A stretch of DNA of 64,000 nucleotides from positions 27,149-91,148 of the forward strand of contig JBMFHI010000001.1 in the NCBI GenBank assembly GCA_049976905.1. Direction: 5' to 3'. The notes under the pieces are model-generated. The model had not been told where the DNA came from. It did no database searches and saw only the letters and a program-made list of their open reading frames with translations. This stretch comes from Syntrophobacteraceae bacterium (GTDB lineage Bacteria > Desulfobacterota > Syntrophobacteria > Syntrophobacterales > Syntrophobacteraceae). A program made the position numbers and the translations under genes. Below, one piece after another: positions 52,612-62,918 of the stretch (position 1 is its first letter; every line of letters starts with the position of its first letter).

Positions 52612-52763
52612 TTTCTGCTCCTGTATCCGTTTAATTTTGCTCTATACAATATATATACGCAATTTAAAACAAAAAAGCGCTAATTAGAAAAGATCAACCC
52701 GGAAAGCACTAAAGAGCGGATGGGTAACCCTGAGGCTGAGAGACTCTTTTTGCCCGATTTTTT

Positions 52764-53933
52764 TTAACCTGCCTCCACCACGAAGCATTTCAAATATCTG
52801 GTCTCGGGCATGGCTAAAAGGACTGGGTGGTCAAGCGACTGGCCTCGGGCCAGAAGGAGGCGAAGTTTTTTCCCGCTTGCCTGGCCGGCGGTAAGGAGCG
52901 CCTCCTGGAAGAGTTCCTCGTTCATGTGGTAAGAGCATGAGGACGTAATGAGTATGCCGCCCGGCTTTAGAGCCAAAAGAGCCCTGCGGTTTATATCCGT
53001 ATAGCCCCTGGTAGCCTCGGATAGAGACGATCGGGTCTTGGCGAAAGCCGGCGGGTCGAGCACAATAACGTCGAACGTCCCCCTGGGAACCTGTTTTAGA
53101 TACTCGAAGACGTTTGATGCAATAAAGGTGGAGCGGTCGGCAAAGCCGTTTAGTTCGGCGTTTTTGGTCGCCTGCTCGATGGCGCCCGCCGATTGATCGA
53201 TTCCCAGGACCTCCTGCGCCCCGCCTGCCAGGGCCGAAAGGCTCCATGCCCCGTTGTAGCAGAAAAGATCGAGAACCCTTTTGCCCTTCATCCAGCGTCG
53301 TGATGCAGCCCGGTTGTCCCTCTGATCGAGATACATCCCGGTTTTCTGCCCGGCCAGCACATCAACGACATATTGAATCCCGTCAATTTGAACGGGGATT
53401 TGACCTGCCAGGGTGCCCGAGACAACGCCCTTTTCGAGTCCGAGTCCCTCGATCACTCGCGAGGGTGAGTCATTTCGAAAAACCAGAGCCGACGGTTTGA
53501 AAAGATCTTGGAGCAAGTTCCCGATAAGGTCTTCAAGCCTTGACATGCCAAGAGTTGTGGCCTGGTAGACCAAAACGTCTGCATACCGGTCCACCACAAG
53601 ACCGGGAAGGCCGTCGGATTCGCCAAAAACCAGGCGGCAGCAGCTATTATAGTCTGGGTAGAGAAATTGACGAAAACTCGCTGCATCTTGAAGAGTCTGT
53701 CGGAAAAAATCAGCCTCGGGTTTTTTACCCGGCGGGCACACGATGCGAACCGCAATAAGCGATGAAGGGTTGACGTAGCCGGCTCCAAGCGCAACGCCTT
53801 TAGCCGAGACCACTTCCACCCAGCTTCCCGGCTCGAAGTCGTGGAGTCGGTCGGCGACTTCGTTTCCAAACACCCAACGGTGTCCTCGCAAAATACGGCG
53901 TTCGCGGCCCGGGTGAAGGGTCAGTGTCCTCAT
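52764..53933 (-). CDS. rlmI: PUA-domain class I SAM-dependent 23S rRNA m5C methyltransferase (RlmI-like)
   Basis: N-terminus LHPGRERRILRGHRWVFGNEV, the methyltransferase core VLDLFCYNGAWSL and DVIVLDPPAF. The ATG at 53933 has GGAG upstream. Confidence 0.8.
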   Translation of the reverse strand: MRTLTLHPGRERRILRGHRWVFGNEVADRLHDFEPGSWVEVVSAKGVALGAGYVNPSSLIAVRIVCPPGKKPEADFFRQTLQDAASFRQFLYPDYNSCCRLVFGESDGLPGLVVDRYADVLVYQATTLGMSRLEDLIGNLLQDLFKPSALVFRNDSPSRVIEGLGLEKGVVSGTLAGQIPVQIDGIQYVVDVLAGQKTGMYLDQRDNRAASRRWMKGKRVLDLFCYNGAWSLSALAGGAQEVLGIDQSAGAIEQATKNAELNGFADRSTFIASNVFEYLKQVPRGTFDVIVLDPPAFAKTRSSLSEATRGYTDINRRALLALKPGGILITSSCSYHMNEELFQEALLTAGQASGKKLRLLLARGQSLDHPVLLAMPETRYLKCFVVEAG

Positions 53934-54022
53934 GGTTTTGCTCCGGTTTGGCGGCAATAAAAAAGCGCTCGGCGAAAAAGAGCGCTTATCGGGCGGTGCG
54001 TATCCGCCTCTTAGGGTTCTAC

Positions 54023-54283
54023 CTAGGCCTTCAGGGAATCGAGAAGGATGTAATAGTCCTCATGAGTATCCGCCGAGCTCTCGATCAATTCATAGAGATC
54101 GTCGAGTTCCATATTTACCACGGCATCCTTATCGGGAGATTCTTCCTTTAATTCGATCCATACCCAGTCTAGAAGCATTTCCTCCTGGTCGCTGTAGCCC
54201 GGCTCGTGCTTATCCAGGATGCCGTCGCGAATTTTTTGGCCAACCTTCTTAAGCGCTGCCCTGACGAACTCTTTCATCTCCAT
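54023..54283 (-). CDS. small acidic hypothetical protein (86 aa)
   Basis: GAGGAGGG lies upstream of the ATG at 54283. The sequence is MEMKEFVRAALKKVGQKIRDG...DLYELIESSADTHEDYYILLDSLKA. No family recognised. Confidence 0.5.
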   Translation of the reverse strand: MEMKEFVRAALKKVGQKIRDGILDKHEPGYSDQEEMLLDWVWIELKEESPDKDAVVNMELDDLYELIESSADTHEDYYILLDSLKA

Positions 54284-54564
54284 CGAATACCCTCCTCTAT
54301 ACAAAGGCCTGTTCTCACAGGAAAGCAAACGGTTGAAAAGCCTCAAAAAAAATGTTGGAGCCGAATAGAATAGCTCATTAGCCTCATACGTTCAACTTTA
54401 TAATTCACAGGCGATGCTATCGCGGCTAAATTGGCCATTGAACTCTATCCTTGTTCAAATCATGCCGCTTCAATATAATTATGAAACGATTCCCATAACA
54501 GGCAATCTTAATTAAAACTTTTCATTTTCAACTTTTGAATCCGTTGACAGAGGAAGATTTTTTT

Positions 54565-55221
54565 ATGCCCGATAAGCAGCAGTATGTCGTCGATGGGATA
54601 AACGCGGGAAACTCCTGGCGTCTTTTTAAAATTTTGGCGGAACTTGTCGAAGGGTTTGAAACCCTCGATAGCCTCTACCCGGCCGTTTCCATTTTTGGGT
54701 CGGCCAGGGTGAAACCGGGCGATGAGGTCTATGAGCTAACGTACACGATCGCCAATAAACTGGCCACCCATGGCTACCACATTATAACCGGAGGCGGCCC
54801 CGGTGTTATGGAGGCCGGCAATAAGGGCGCTAAAGATGGCGGAGCCAAATCGGTGGGACTAAATATTGAGCTGCCCCTCGAACAGGAACCAAACCCGTTT
54901 TCGACAACGAAGCTCAATTTTCAGTATTTTTTTGTTCGTAAGGTTATGTTCGTTAAATATGCTCAGGCTTATATTGGAATGCCGGGAGGCTTCGGCACCC
55001 TGGACGAAATAACCGAGGCGCTAACTCTCATCCAGACTAAGCGTATAAAGCCTTTTCCGGTAATCCTGGTTGGGAAGCAGTACTGGGGGGGGCTTTTGGA
55101 CTGGATTCGATCCACCCTTATAGACGGTGGTTTTATCTCGCCGGAGGACCTCGAAATAGTGACGCTTCTAGACGATCCCGACGAGGTCGTGCATATGATC
55201 AAAAAGTATGTAATCCTCTAA
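54565..55221 (+). CDS. LOG/TIGR00730-family Rossmann-fold nucleotide-binding protein
   Basis: VSIFGSAR...ITGGGPGVMEA...GMPGGFGTLDEITE (PGGxGTxxE motif). The ATG at 54565 has GAGGAAG upstream. Confidence 0.85.
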   Translation: MPDKQQYVVDGINAGNSWRLFKILAELVEGFETLDSLYPAVSIFGSARVKPGDEVYELTYTIANKLATHGYHIITGGGPGVMEAGNKGAKDGGAKSVGLNIELPLEQEPNPFSTTKLNFQYFFVRKVMFVKYAQAYIGMPGGFGTLDEITEALTLIQTKRIKPFPVILVGKQYWGGLLDWIRSTLIDGGFISPEDLEIVTLLDDPDEVVHMIKKYVIL

Positions 55222-55313
55222 CCCTCGCGCTTCCACCCGGCTCGATAATATCTTTCGAGTCTGGAGGCAATCGGCTTTTAGCGCGAAAAATACCGCCGGG
55301 AGGTTTTCCTACA

Positions 55314-55697
55314 ATGCCGATCTACGAGTATCTGTGCCGAAAGTGCAATAAAAAATCTGAGATCATAACCTTTAGCGTTTCCGAAGACGTTTCTGCCCGG
55401 TGTAACCACTGCGGCAGCGCGGATGTCGGCCGTGTGCCTTCCCGTGTCAGGGTCCGAATGTCCGAGGAGACCCGAATGGAGCGGCTGGCCGATCCGGCCC
55501 GGTTGTCGGGACTCGATGAAAACGATCCTAAAAGCATGGCCAGATGGATGAAGTCCATGAGCAGTGAAATGGGCGACGAGATGGGCGAGGATTTCAACGT
55601 CGACGAGATGGTGGACGAGGCGATGGCCGAGAAGGACAGCATGGGCGCGGGAGGCCGCGCGGACGCGGATTTGGGCGCCGGCGGCTATGATGAGTGA
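55314..55697 (+). CDS. FmdB-family zinc-ribbon protein
   Basis: MPIYEYLCRKCNKKSE...CNHCGS is the typical FmdB N-terminal CxxC...CxxC, followed by an acidic tail. Confidence 0.8.
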   Translation: MPIYEYLCRKCNKKSEIITFSVSEDVSARCNHCGSADVGRVPSRVRVRMSEETRMERLADPARLSGLDENDPKSMARWMKSMSSEMGDEMGEDFNVDEMVDEAMAEKDSMGAGGRADADLGAGGYDE

Positions 55698-56631
55698 AGG
55701 TGGTCGCGGGCCGCGATTGCCCGGGCGTCTCAAAAACAGCCCCGGAGTCGAACAATTCCGTTGGCTGGTTGGTTTCGAGCAAAAGGGCCTGGCACTGGTA
55801 AAAGTTGTCTCCGACTATCTTCTCCTGTCGGAAGAGGACGCTATCGACCTCATCGGCTTCGGTTCGGTCTATGTGCGGGGGCAAATGACCCGTGACCCGA
55901 CGCTAAGGCTTTGCGGGGGCGAAGAGATCTGGGCCGCTTTTCCCTCTTGCGGTATCCGAAGGTTCTATGAAATCGATCCATCCCACGTGATTTTTCGAGA
56001 CCGATTTTTGCTCGCTTATGATAAGGAAGCCAACATTGCAAGTCAGCAGGTCCCCTTCGATGCTTATAATAACGTTTTCGCGGCTCTGCTTCGCTTCCTG
56101 TCCGGGAAAAAAGGGGCGGTCCCATATGCGGGCCTCCATCACCGGCTCGACATGGAAACAAGCGGGTTGTTGCTCTTTGCACTCGAGCGAAAGGCAAACG
56201 AGCCCCTGGCCAGGGCTTTTCGGGAAAGGAAGGTAAAAAAACAGTATCTGGCGTGGGTGGAGGGCTTTCCGCAAAGAGATTTCTGGACTTGCGAAGCCGA
56301 CATCGGTAAAGTCGGAGGTAAATATAAAACGGTTGGAAAGGGGGAGGGAAAAGAGGCCCGGACGCTTTTTAATGTGCTTAGCCGAAAGGATGGCCGCTCT
56401 CTTGTACTAGCTGTCCCTTTAACCGGAAGGACACACCAGATAAGAATTCACCTTGCCCTGGGAGGACATCCCATCGCGGGGGATCGCGCCTATGGCGCAA
56501 AACCCGACCAGCGTTTGTTCCTGCACGCTTGGAGACTTACCCTTAAACATCCGGTTTCCGGCAACGTTTTAAACCTTCAAGCCCCGGTGCCGGCCGGCTG
56601 GCCCGAGGTGGTCGCATTGGACTCGCTCTGA
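55687..56631 (+). CDS. RluA-family pseudouridine synthase
   Basis: HHRLDMETSGLLLFA catalytic motif and TGRTHQIRIHLA. The preferred ATG at 55687 overlaps the stop of the zinc-ribbon gene. Confidence 0.85.
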   Translation: MMSEGGRGPRLPGRLKNSPGVEQFRWLVGFEQKGLALVKVVSDYLLLSEEDAIDLIGFGSVYVRGQMTRDPTLRLCGGEEIWAAFPSCGIRRFYEIDPSHVIFRDRFLLAYDKEANIASQQVPFDAYNNVFAALLRFLSGKKGAVPYAGLHHRLDMETSGLLLFALERKANEPLARAFRERKVKKQYLAWVEGFPQRDFWTCEADIGKVGGKYKTVGKGEGKEARTLFNVLSRKDGRSLVLAVPLTGRTHQIRIHLALGGHPIAGDRAYGAKPDQRLFLHAWRLTLKHPVSGNVLNLQAPVPAGWPEVVALDSL

Positions 56632-56675
56632 GTGCGATCAGTGGTCTTGGCCTTTAACGAAACCTCAGTAAAAAA

Positions 56676-58076
56676 ATGAAGCTCTCCTTTTTCGCGATAT
56701 GGGTTGTAGCTATTACGATTGCCGGGTGTGCGACGTTTCATTCCAGGCCGATTTCCGCGGCTTCCAATGCTTCGGCCCTGGAAGCTCGCAGTCTGGATAA
56801 CCCCGGCCTCCATAAATTTATGGAGCAAAACCTGAACAGGCAGCTTCGCCCCTGGCCCCCCAGGTCCTGGGATTTCTCCATGCTGACCCTTGCGGCCCTC
56901 TATTATTCTCCCGACCTTGATGTAGCCCGCGCCAAGCGGCAAGTGGCCGTCGCTGGTAAAATTACCGCGGGGGAGCGTCCCAACCCGACAATATCGGTTC
57001 TGCCCGGGGGTATTACCAACCCTCCTCGCGCCCCCTGGATTTTTTCCCTGATAACCAACGTCCCGATTGAAACGGCGGGAAAGCGCGGCTATCGGCTGGC
57101 TGTTGCCGGCCACCTGGCCAGGGCCGCCCGGCTCGATATGGAAACGGCCGCCTGGCAGGTTAGAAGTCGCCTCAGGGCGAGCTTGGCAGACCTCTGCTTT
57201 AATAGGGAAACCGCGGCCGTTTTAAAGCGCCAGGTCCAAGTGCAAGGCCAACTCGTCCAAATGCTTTCTGTTATGCTTGCAAACGGGGAAATCCCAAGGC
57301 CCGAGTTAGCCAGCGCCCAAATTTCTCTTGATGCCGCTCGCCTCAAATTGGCCGATCTGCAAAGACAGATTGCCGATAGCCGGGCCCGGCTGGCTGCTTC
57401 GCTTGGCGTACCCGTGGAAGCCCTTCGCCCGATTAAGATTTCCTGCCGGTTTCTAAAGCGTTTCCCCGTTTCGCCTCCTCTGGGCCGACTCAGGCGTAAG
57501 GCCCTTTTGAACCGCCCCGATATTTTATCGCTTCTGGCCGACTACGAGGCCGCGCAAAGCGCGCTGCAGCTTGAAATCGCCAAACAGTACCCGGATGTCA
57601 ATCTGGGGCCGGGCTACAGTTTTCAGGATTCGGAAAATTATTGGACATTCGGCCCGACTTTGACGCTTCCGGTCCTAAATCAGAATCAGGGGCCGATAGC
57701 ACAGGCCAAGGCCCGTCGAGAGGAAGCCGCTGCGGCCTTTACCGCCTTTCAGGCCAAGGTTATCGCGGAATTGGACCGGGGTTTTGCCGGATACCGGCTC
57801 ATGAGGGACAAACTAAAGACCGCCCAGGCTCTCAAAGACTTGTCAAAAGCCCAAATGGACTCTGCTAAAAACGCCTTCAGACAAGGCGAGACAAGCCGTC
57901 TTGCGCTCCTTGAGGCCCAACTGGTCTACTCCACAGACCTTTTGCGGAACATCCAGGCTTCCTATCAGGCCCAACAGGCCCTGGGCCTCCTTGAAGATGC
58001 CCTCGAGTTTCCGCTTTGCCAAATGCAAAATGTTCACAAAATCGTTTGTCCAGCAAATGGAGAAAATTTGCCTTGA
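56676..58076 (+). CDS. outer-membrane factor of a heavy-metal RND efflux system (CzcC/TolC family)
   Basis: Lipoprotein-like signal (ITIAGCATF) and two TolC-type repeats. It is the first gene of an OMF-MFP-RND triad. Confidence 0.8.
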   Translation: MKLSFFAIWVVAITIAGCATFHSRPISAASNASALEARSLDNPGLHKFMEQNLNRQLRPWPPRSWDFSMLTLAALYYSPDLDVARAKRQVAVAGKITAGERPNPTISVLPGGITNPPRAPWIFSLITNVPIETAGKRGYRLAVAGHLARAARLDMETAAWQVRSRLRASLADLCFNRETAAVLKRQVQVQGQLVQMLSVMLANGEIPRPELASAQISLDAARLKLADLQRQIADSRARLAASLGVPVEALRPIKISCRFLKRFPVSPPLGRLRRKALLNRPDILSLLADYEAAQSALQLEIAKQYPDVNLGPGYSFQDSENYWTFGPTLTLPVLNQNQGPIAQAKARREEAAAAFTAFQAKVIAELDRGFAGYRLMRDKLKTAQALKDLSKAQMDSAKNAFRQGETSRLALLEAQLVYSTDLLRNIQASYQAQQALGLLEDALEFPLCQMQNVHKIVCPANGENLP

Positions 58077-59137
58077 AAAACCTTCGACCATTTGGTCCCA
58101 TAGCTGCCGCTTTGCCACTGTTCATCTCTTTGAGCGTAGCGATTGCCGCTTGCCTGGTTTTAAGCTCGATACGAGCCGGCTGCGCCCAGACCCCTGGGGC
58201 TAAGGCCTCCCTTGTCGACCCGGCGCTATCGGTCGTTTTGGATGCATCCGCCCAGAAAAGGGCAGGTATTGCCACCGCGCCGCTTATCCACGTATTTCGT
58301 GCAAACCACATCAGGGCCTACGGTACGGTTATTTCGACAGCGGGGCTTTCAAGCCTTGAAAGCAGCTATGCCGTGGCCGCAGCGAAGGTTGAAAACGCAA
58401 AGACAACTCTTCATGTCTCTCAGAGGGAATATGCCAGGTTAAAGAATCTTTATGAGCGCAACCAGAGCAGTTCGCTAAAAGAGCTTCAGCTTGCGCAGTC
58501 AAAATGGAACCAGGACAAGGTGAACCTGCGTGCGGCGAAAACCCAACAGACGGCCCTGGCCTGCGCGGCCTTGCAGCAGTGGGGAAAAGTGATCTCGGAC
58601 TGGGTTTTTACCGGCGCAGCGGCTTATTCCAAACTGAGTGATCGCCAGGATGCGCTGGTACTGGTCACTTTACCCGCCGGCGAAAAGATCGCGGCGATGC
58701 CGGGGGAGATAACGATAAAACCGGCGGGCCTTGGAAGGTTTAAAGCCCGCTTTGTTTCGGCTTCGCCCCGGACTGATCCGCAAATTCAGGGGTTTAGCTA
58801 TTTCTACATCGTTTCCAATCGAAGCGGCCAGGTGAGAACCGGGATGAACGTGTCTGCCTTTCTGCCCGAAGGCCCCCCGACAGGCGGCTTTCTCATAGTT
58901 TCATCGGCCGTTGTCTGGCAGGACGCGGTGCCCTTTGTTTTCGTGCAAACCGGCGCCAGGCGTTTCGAGGCCCGGCCGATTGGCGCAAACATTCCGGTTG
59001 CCGGCGGATACCTTGTTGGCAAGGGCTTTTCACTTGGCGATCGCATAGTCGTTGAAGGGGCGCAGACGCTTCTGTCCCAGGCTCTTCTTTCGGGATCGAA
59101 GTCAGGGGCAGGCCATGGAGACGGGGATGACGATTAA
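58073..59137 (+). CDS. RND efflux periplasmic adaptor (membrane fusion) protein
   Basis: TM/signal segment IAAALPLFISLSVAIAAC, a coiled-coil hairpin and a beta-barrel C-terminus. TTG at 58073 (GGAGA 10 nt upstream) overlaps the preceding stop. The ORF track starts at 58016. Confidence 0.75.
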   Translation: MKNLRPFGPIAAALPLFISLSVAIAACLVLSSIRAGCAQTPGAKASLVDPALSVVLDASAQKRAGIATAPLIHVFRANHIRAYGTVISTAGLSSLESSYAVAAAKVENAKTTLHVSQREYARLKNLYERNQSSSLKELQLAQSKWNQDKVNLRAAKTQQTALACAALQQWGKVISDWVFTGAAAYSKLSDRQDALVLVTLPAGEKIAAMPGEITIKPAGLGRFKARFVSASPRTDPQIQGFSYFYIVSNRSGQVRTGMNVSAFLPEGPPTGGFLIVSSAVVWQDAVPFVFVQTGARRFEARPIGANIPVAGGYLVGKGFSLGDRIVVEGAQTLLSQALLSGSKSGAGHGDGDDD

Positions 59138-62100
59138 TGGAAAATGACGCGCAATCGGCTAAATCAGGACTTCTGAATGCGATTATCCACTTCGCGCTTC
59201 GCCGGCGCGGTGCCGTTACGGCCCTGGCCGTGCTGCTTTTGGCCTATGGCTTCTATACGATCAGCGGAGTGAGCTACGATGTCTTTCCCGAATTTGCCTC
59301 CCCGCAGGTCTCGATTCGAACCGAAGCTCCGGGGCTTTCTCCACAGCAGGTCGAAGCCCTTGTCACAAGACCCGTTGAATCCGCGGTCCTTGGCGCCTCA
59401 GGCATTGCCGTCGAACAATCAACATCCAGCCAGGGGCTTTCGGCCGTAAAAATCGTCTTTTCTTCCAAAACCAACGTCTACCGGGCACGCCAACTCGTGG
59501 CCGAGCGGTTGGCTTCCCTTCAGGGCCAATTGCCTCTGGAGGCTCAACCCCCGGTGCTCACCCCGCTTACTTCCTCAACCGGTGTGGTGATGGTGCTGGG
59601 TTTTACTTCCGATACCCGCTCGCTTATCGATCTTCGCACCATCGTGCGTTGGACGGTAAAGCCCAGTTTGCTCGCGGTCCCAGGGGTTGCAGGGGTGCAA
59701 ATTTTTGGCGAAGGGGTAAAACAATTCCAGATCCGGGTGAGTCCGGATAAACTTATCCGGTATCGCCTGGGTTTAAACCAGCTGCTTGCGGCCGCACGCC
59801 TGGCTACAGGCGTGCGCGGCGCGGGTTTTATCGAAAACCCCAATCAGAGAATAACTCTTCAAACCGGCGGGCAGCCGACTTCAGCCGCTCAGCTCTCCGA
59901 TGTGGTTCTCTTTCATCACGCCGGCGCCGGCCTGAGGCTAGCCGATGTGGCCTCGGTTACAACGGCCCAGGAGCCCCCGGTGGGCGCGGGCCTCATCAAT
60001 GGTCGGCCGGGAATCGTAATGCTTGTAAACGCCCAATACGGCTCCAATACCCTGGACGTTACAAGCCGAGTGGACCGGGCGCTCCAAGCCCTCAAACCGG
60101 CCCTTGCCCGCGAGGGTATTGTCCTTCACTCCGTCTTTCGCCCGGCCTACTTTATACATACCGCCGTCCGAAATGTTTTGTCGGCTCTGGCAATAGGGGC
60201 CGTGCTCGTCATTATCGTGCTGTTTTTGTTTCTTTTTAATTTGCGAACCGCCGCTATTTCGTGTCTTGCCATTCCTCTTTCGCTCATGGCCGGCATTATC
60301 GTGATGCAATATCTTGGTTTTAGCTTCAATACCATGGTGCTGGGAGGCTTGGCGATAGCCTTGGGCGAGATCGTAGACGATGCGGTAATAGATGTGGAAA
60401 ACATCCACCGCCGCCTGCGGCAAAATCGCTGCCTGGAAAGTCCGCGGCCGGTTATGCGTGTGATCCTGGACGCTTCCCTGGAAGTGCGGGCCGCGGTGGT
60501 TTACGCTACCTTTGCCGTCATCCTGGTCTTTTTCCCCATTGTGACGCTTTCGGGTGTCGCGGGGCGGCTCTTTGCACCCCTTGGAGCCGCCTATATACTC
60601 TCCGTGCTCGCTTCCCTTCTGGTCGCCCTGACCGTAACGCCCGCGCTGTGTATGTTGCTTTTGGGGAGCGCGCAACTGCCTGGCGAAGACCCTCCTGTCA
60701 TCCGGGGACTTAAAAAAAGATATGTCCGGCTCCTGGAGCGCGTCGAGCTTCGCCCGCGCCTGGTTACTTTCGCGGTCCTGCTGCTTTTGGCCTGCGCGCT
60801 CATTACCGCTCCGTTTTTAAAAAACAGTTTTATGCCCTCCTTCGAGGAAGGTCATTATATTGTGCACATGATCCTGGTCCCCGGGTCTTCGCTAAAAGAG
60901 TCTTTGCGGCTTGGAAAGCAGGTCTCAACGCAACTGCTAAAACTTCCCTATGTTAGCATCGTGGCCCAGAAAGCCGGAAGACCCAAGGACGGCAGCGCAA
61001 TTCGCGGGCCTAACGCCAGTGAAATCGAGGTCAATTTGAAGCGCGGTCAACAGCCCCTGGGAGCGGGGGCTCAAATTCGAGGCGTTCTCGATAAAATCCC
61101 CGGGGCCACCTTTTCCGTAAATACCTTTCTTAAGGAACGCATGGAGGAGACCGTTTCCGGCTACTCGGCTTCGCTGGTGGTAAATATCTTCGGAAACGAC
61201 CTGGATCTTCTCGATCGCGTGGGGCGGCAGGCTTGCCTGGTGCTTAAAAAGAGTTCAGGGATCTCCGATGTCCAGGTGCTCTCCCAGGCGGGAGCGCCTC
61301 AAATCGCAATTAACCTCCGCAAAGCTGCCCTTCTCAGGTGGGGCATAGCTCCCGTAACTGTGCTGGATGCGGTAGAGACTGCTTACCAGGGGACAACTGT
61401 TGGTCAAATCTACCATGGGGAGCGGGTCTTTAACGTTTCCGTGATTCTTCCACCCACCGATCGTCGGATAGCTTCGCTTGGCAATCTTGCGGTCCGCACC
61501 CCCGCCGGGGTTTACCTGCCGTTAAAGCAGCTGGCCGCCATCCGGATGACTTCAGGTCGTTTCGCCATACTTCACCAGGGAGGCCGGAGGGTCCAAACTA
61601 TTACCGCCAATATTACGGGTGCAAACGGCGCGGCCGTATCGGCTGAGGTCGAGCGCCGCCTCCGATCCCTTTCCTTGCCCGCGGGCGTATATCTCGAATT
61701 TGCCGGTACTGCCGCCGCCCAAAGCCGGGCGGTAAGAGACCTGGTCTTTCATGCCCTTGTAGCCGCCGCAGGGATTGTGCTCCTTGTGTCTTTGGTCGCG
61801 GGCAATTGGCGAAATACCTTGCTTCTGCTGGTGAACCTGCCCTTTGCTCTTGCCGGAGGAGTCCTTGCCGTGATGCTTACCGGGGGGGCGATGTCTCTTG
61901 GTTCCATGGTCGGTTTTGTAACGGTCTTTGGCATAACGCTTCGCAATGCCATAATGCTGCTATCGCACTATCAGCGCCTGGTGTCGGTTGACGGGATGCA
62001 GTGGGGCCCCGAGGCTGCCCTGAGGGGAGCTTCCGAGCGGCTCTCGCCCATTCTTATGACCGCTTTGGTAACCGCCCTGGGACTTCTGCCCCTTGCTCTT

Positions 62101-62250
62101 GGGGTTCGCACGCCCGGCCGGGAGATCGTGGGGGCTCTGGCCATCGTGGTGCTTGGAGGTATTTTTACCTCGACGGCACTTAATTTATTGGTTCTGCCAA
62201 CACTGGCTCTTCGCTTCGCGCGCTTTGAAACGCCGGGCGAAGGCAACTAA
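59137..62250 (+). CDS. heavy-metal efflux RND permease (CusA/CzcA family)
   Basis: 1037 aa with 12-TM RND topology. Contains LGGLAIALGEIVDDAVIDVENI and GFVTVFGITLRNAIML. Confidence 0.9.
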   Translation: MENDAQSAKSGLLNAIIHFALRRRGAVTALAVLLLAYGFYTISGVSYDVFPEFASPQVSIRTEAPGLSPQQVEALVTRPVESAVLGASGIAVEQSTSSQGLSAVKIVFSSKTNVYRARQLVAERLASLQGQLPLEAQPPVLTPLTSSTGVVMVLGFTSDTRSLIDLRTIVRWTVKPSLLAVPGVAGVQIFGEGVKQFQIRVSPDKLIRYRLGLNQLLAAARLATGVRGAGFIENPNQRITLQTGGQPTSAAQLSDVVLFHHAGAGLRLADVASVTTAQEPPVGAGLINGRPGIVMLVNAQYGSNTLDVTSRVDRALQALKPALAREGIVLHSVFRPAYFIHTAVRNVLSALAIGAVLVIIVLFLFLFNLRTAAISCLAIPLSLMAGIIVMQYLGFSFNTMVLGGLAIALGEIVDDAVIDVENIHRRLRQNRCLESPRPVMRVILDASLEVRAAVVYATFAVILVFFPIVTLSGVAGRLFAPLGAAYILSVLASLLVALTVTPALCMLLLGSAQLPGEDPPVIRGLKKRYVRLLERVELRPRLVTFAVLLLLACALITAPFLKNSFMPSFEEGHYIVHMILVPGSSLKESLRLGKQVSTQLLKLPYVSIVAQKAGRPKDGSAIRGPNASEIEVNLKRGQQPLGAGAQIRGVLDKIPGATFSVNTFLKERMEETVSGYSASLVVNIFGNDLDLLDRVGRQACLVLKKSSGISDVQVLSQAGAPQIAINLRKAALLRWGIAPVTVLDAVETAYQGTTVGQIYHGERVFNVSVILPPTDRRIASLGNLAVRTPAGVYLPLKQLAAIRMTSGRFAILHQGGRRVQTITANITGANGAAVSAEVERRLRSLSLPAGVYLEFAGTAAAQSRAVRDLVFHALVAAAGIVLLVSLVAGNWRNTLLLLVNLPFALAGGVLAVMLTGGAMSLGSMVGFVTVFGITLRNAIMLLSHYQRLVSVDGMQWGPEAALRGASERLSPILMTALVTALGLLPLALGVRTPGREIVGALAIVVLGGIFTSTALNLLVLPTLALRFARFETPGEGN

Positions 62251-62342
62251 TGCCAAAAAGGGACCTTTTGGCATTAGTTAGGGGTGCACTTCTTCGCCTA
62301 AATTCGCAGCCGTTCGTCTAAACGGCTAAAGATCCTGTGCGG

Positions 62343-62813
62343 CTATTTCTGGAGCAGGGCCCGCAGGTGATGAACGATCTGGTCCTTGGGAACGGCCCCG
62401 AGAATACGGTTGAAAATCGTGCCGTTTTTAAACTCGATCATCGTGGGTACGCTTTGGACCTGATATCTCGTGGCCAATGACTGGCTTTTGTCCAGGTCGA
62501 TTTTTACAAACTTAACCAGTCCGGTGTACTCCGAGGCCAGTTGATCGACAAGAGGTAGAAGAACGCGGCAGTGCCCGCACCACGTGGCCCAGAAAAGAAC
62601 AAGAACGGGCCCGGGAAACCTTATTACCTCGTTTTCAAAAGTTCTTTCGTCCACGGCTATGGCATAGCGCGGATAACCCGCGCTAAAATGAAGAGGAGCG
62701 CGGCATTTACCGCAAACCGCCCTGTCTGCCGATCGGGATCGGGGGATGCGGTTCTTTGCCCCGCACTTGTCGCATCGGATTATAAAACTATCCTCCACCA
62801 TTGATCTGGACAC
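62343..62813 (-). CDS. thioredoxin with N-terminal zinc-finger (Trx2-like) and CGHC active site
   Basis: N-terminus CDKCGAKN...CGKCRAPL. The thioredoxin fold carries FWATWCGHCR. Confidence 0.85.
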   Translation of the reverse strand: MSRSMVEDSFIIRCDKCGAKNRIPRSRSADRAVCGKCRAPLHFSAGYPRYAIAVDERTFENEVIRFPGPVLVLFWATWCGHCRVLLPLVDQLASEYTGLVKFVKIDLDKSQSLATRYQVQSVPTMIEFKNGTIFNRILGAVPKDQIVHHLRALLQK

Positions 62814-62918
62814 TCCATTTAAATTAGAATAACAACTCTGAGTTTCTGTTGAGATGAGTTATACGAATAATCACTTTATTTTTCTAACGCAAGCTCAATT
62901 CATCCGGAAGGAATCAGT

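Noticed and set aside
58016-58072. Upstream 19-codon extension of the RND adaptor ORF
   Set aside because: It overlaps the end of the outer-membrane factor gene by 61 nt. The TTG at 58073 has an SD and classic stop/start coupling, so the shorter form is preferred.
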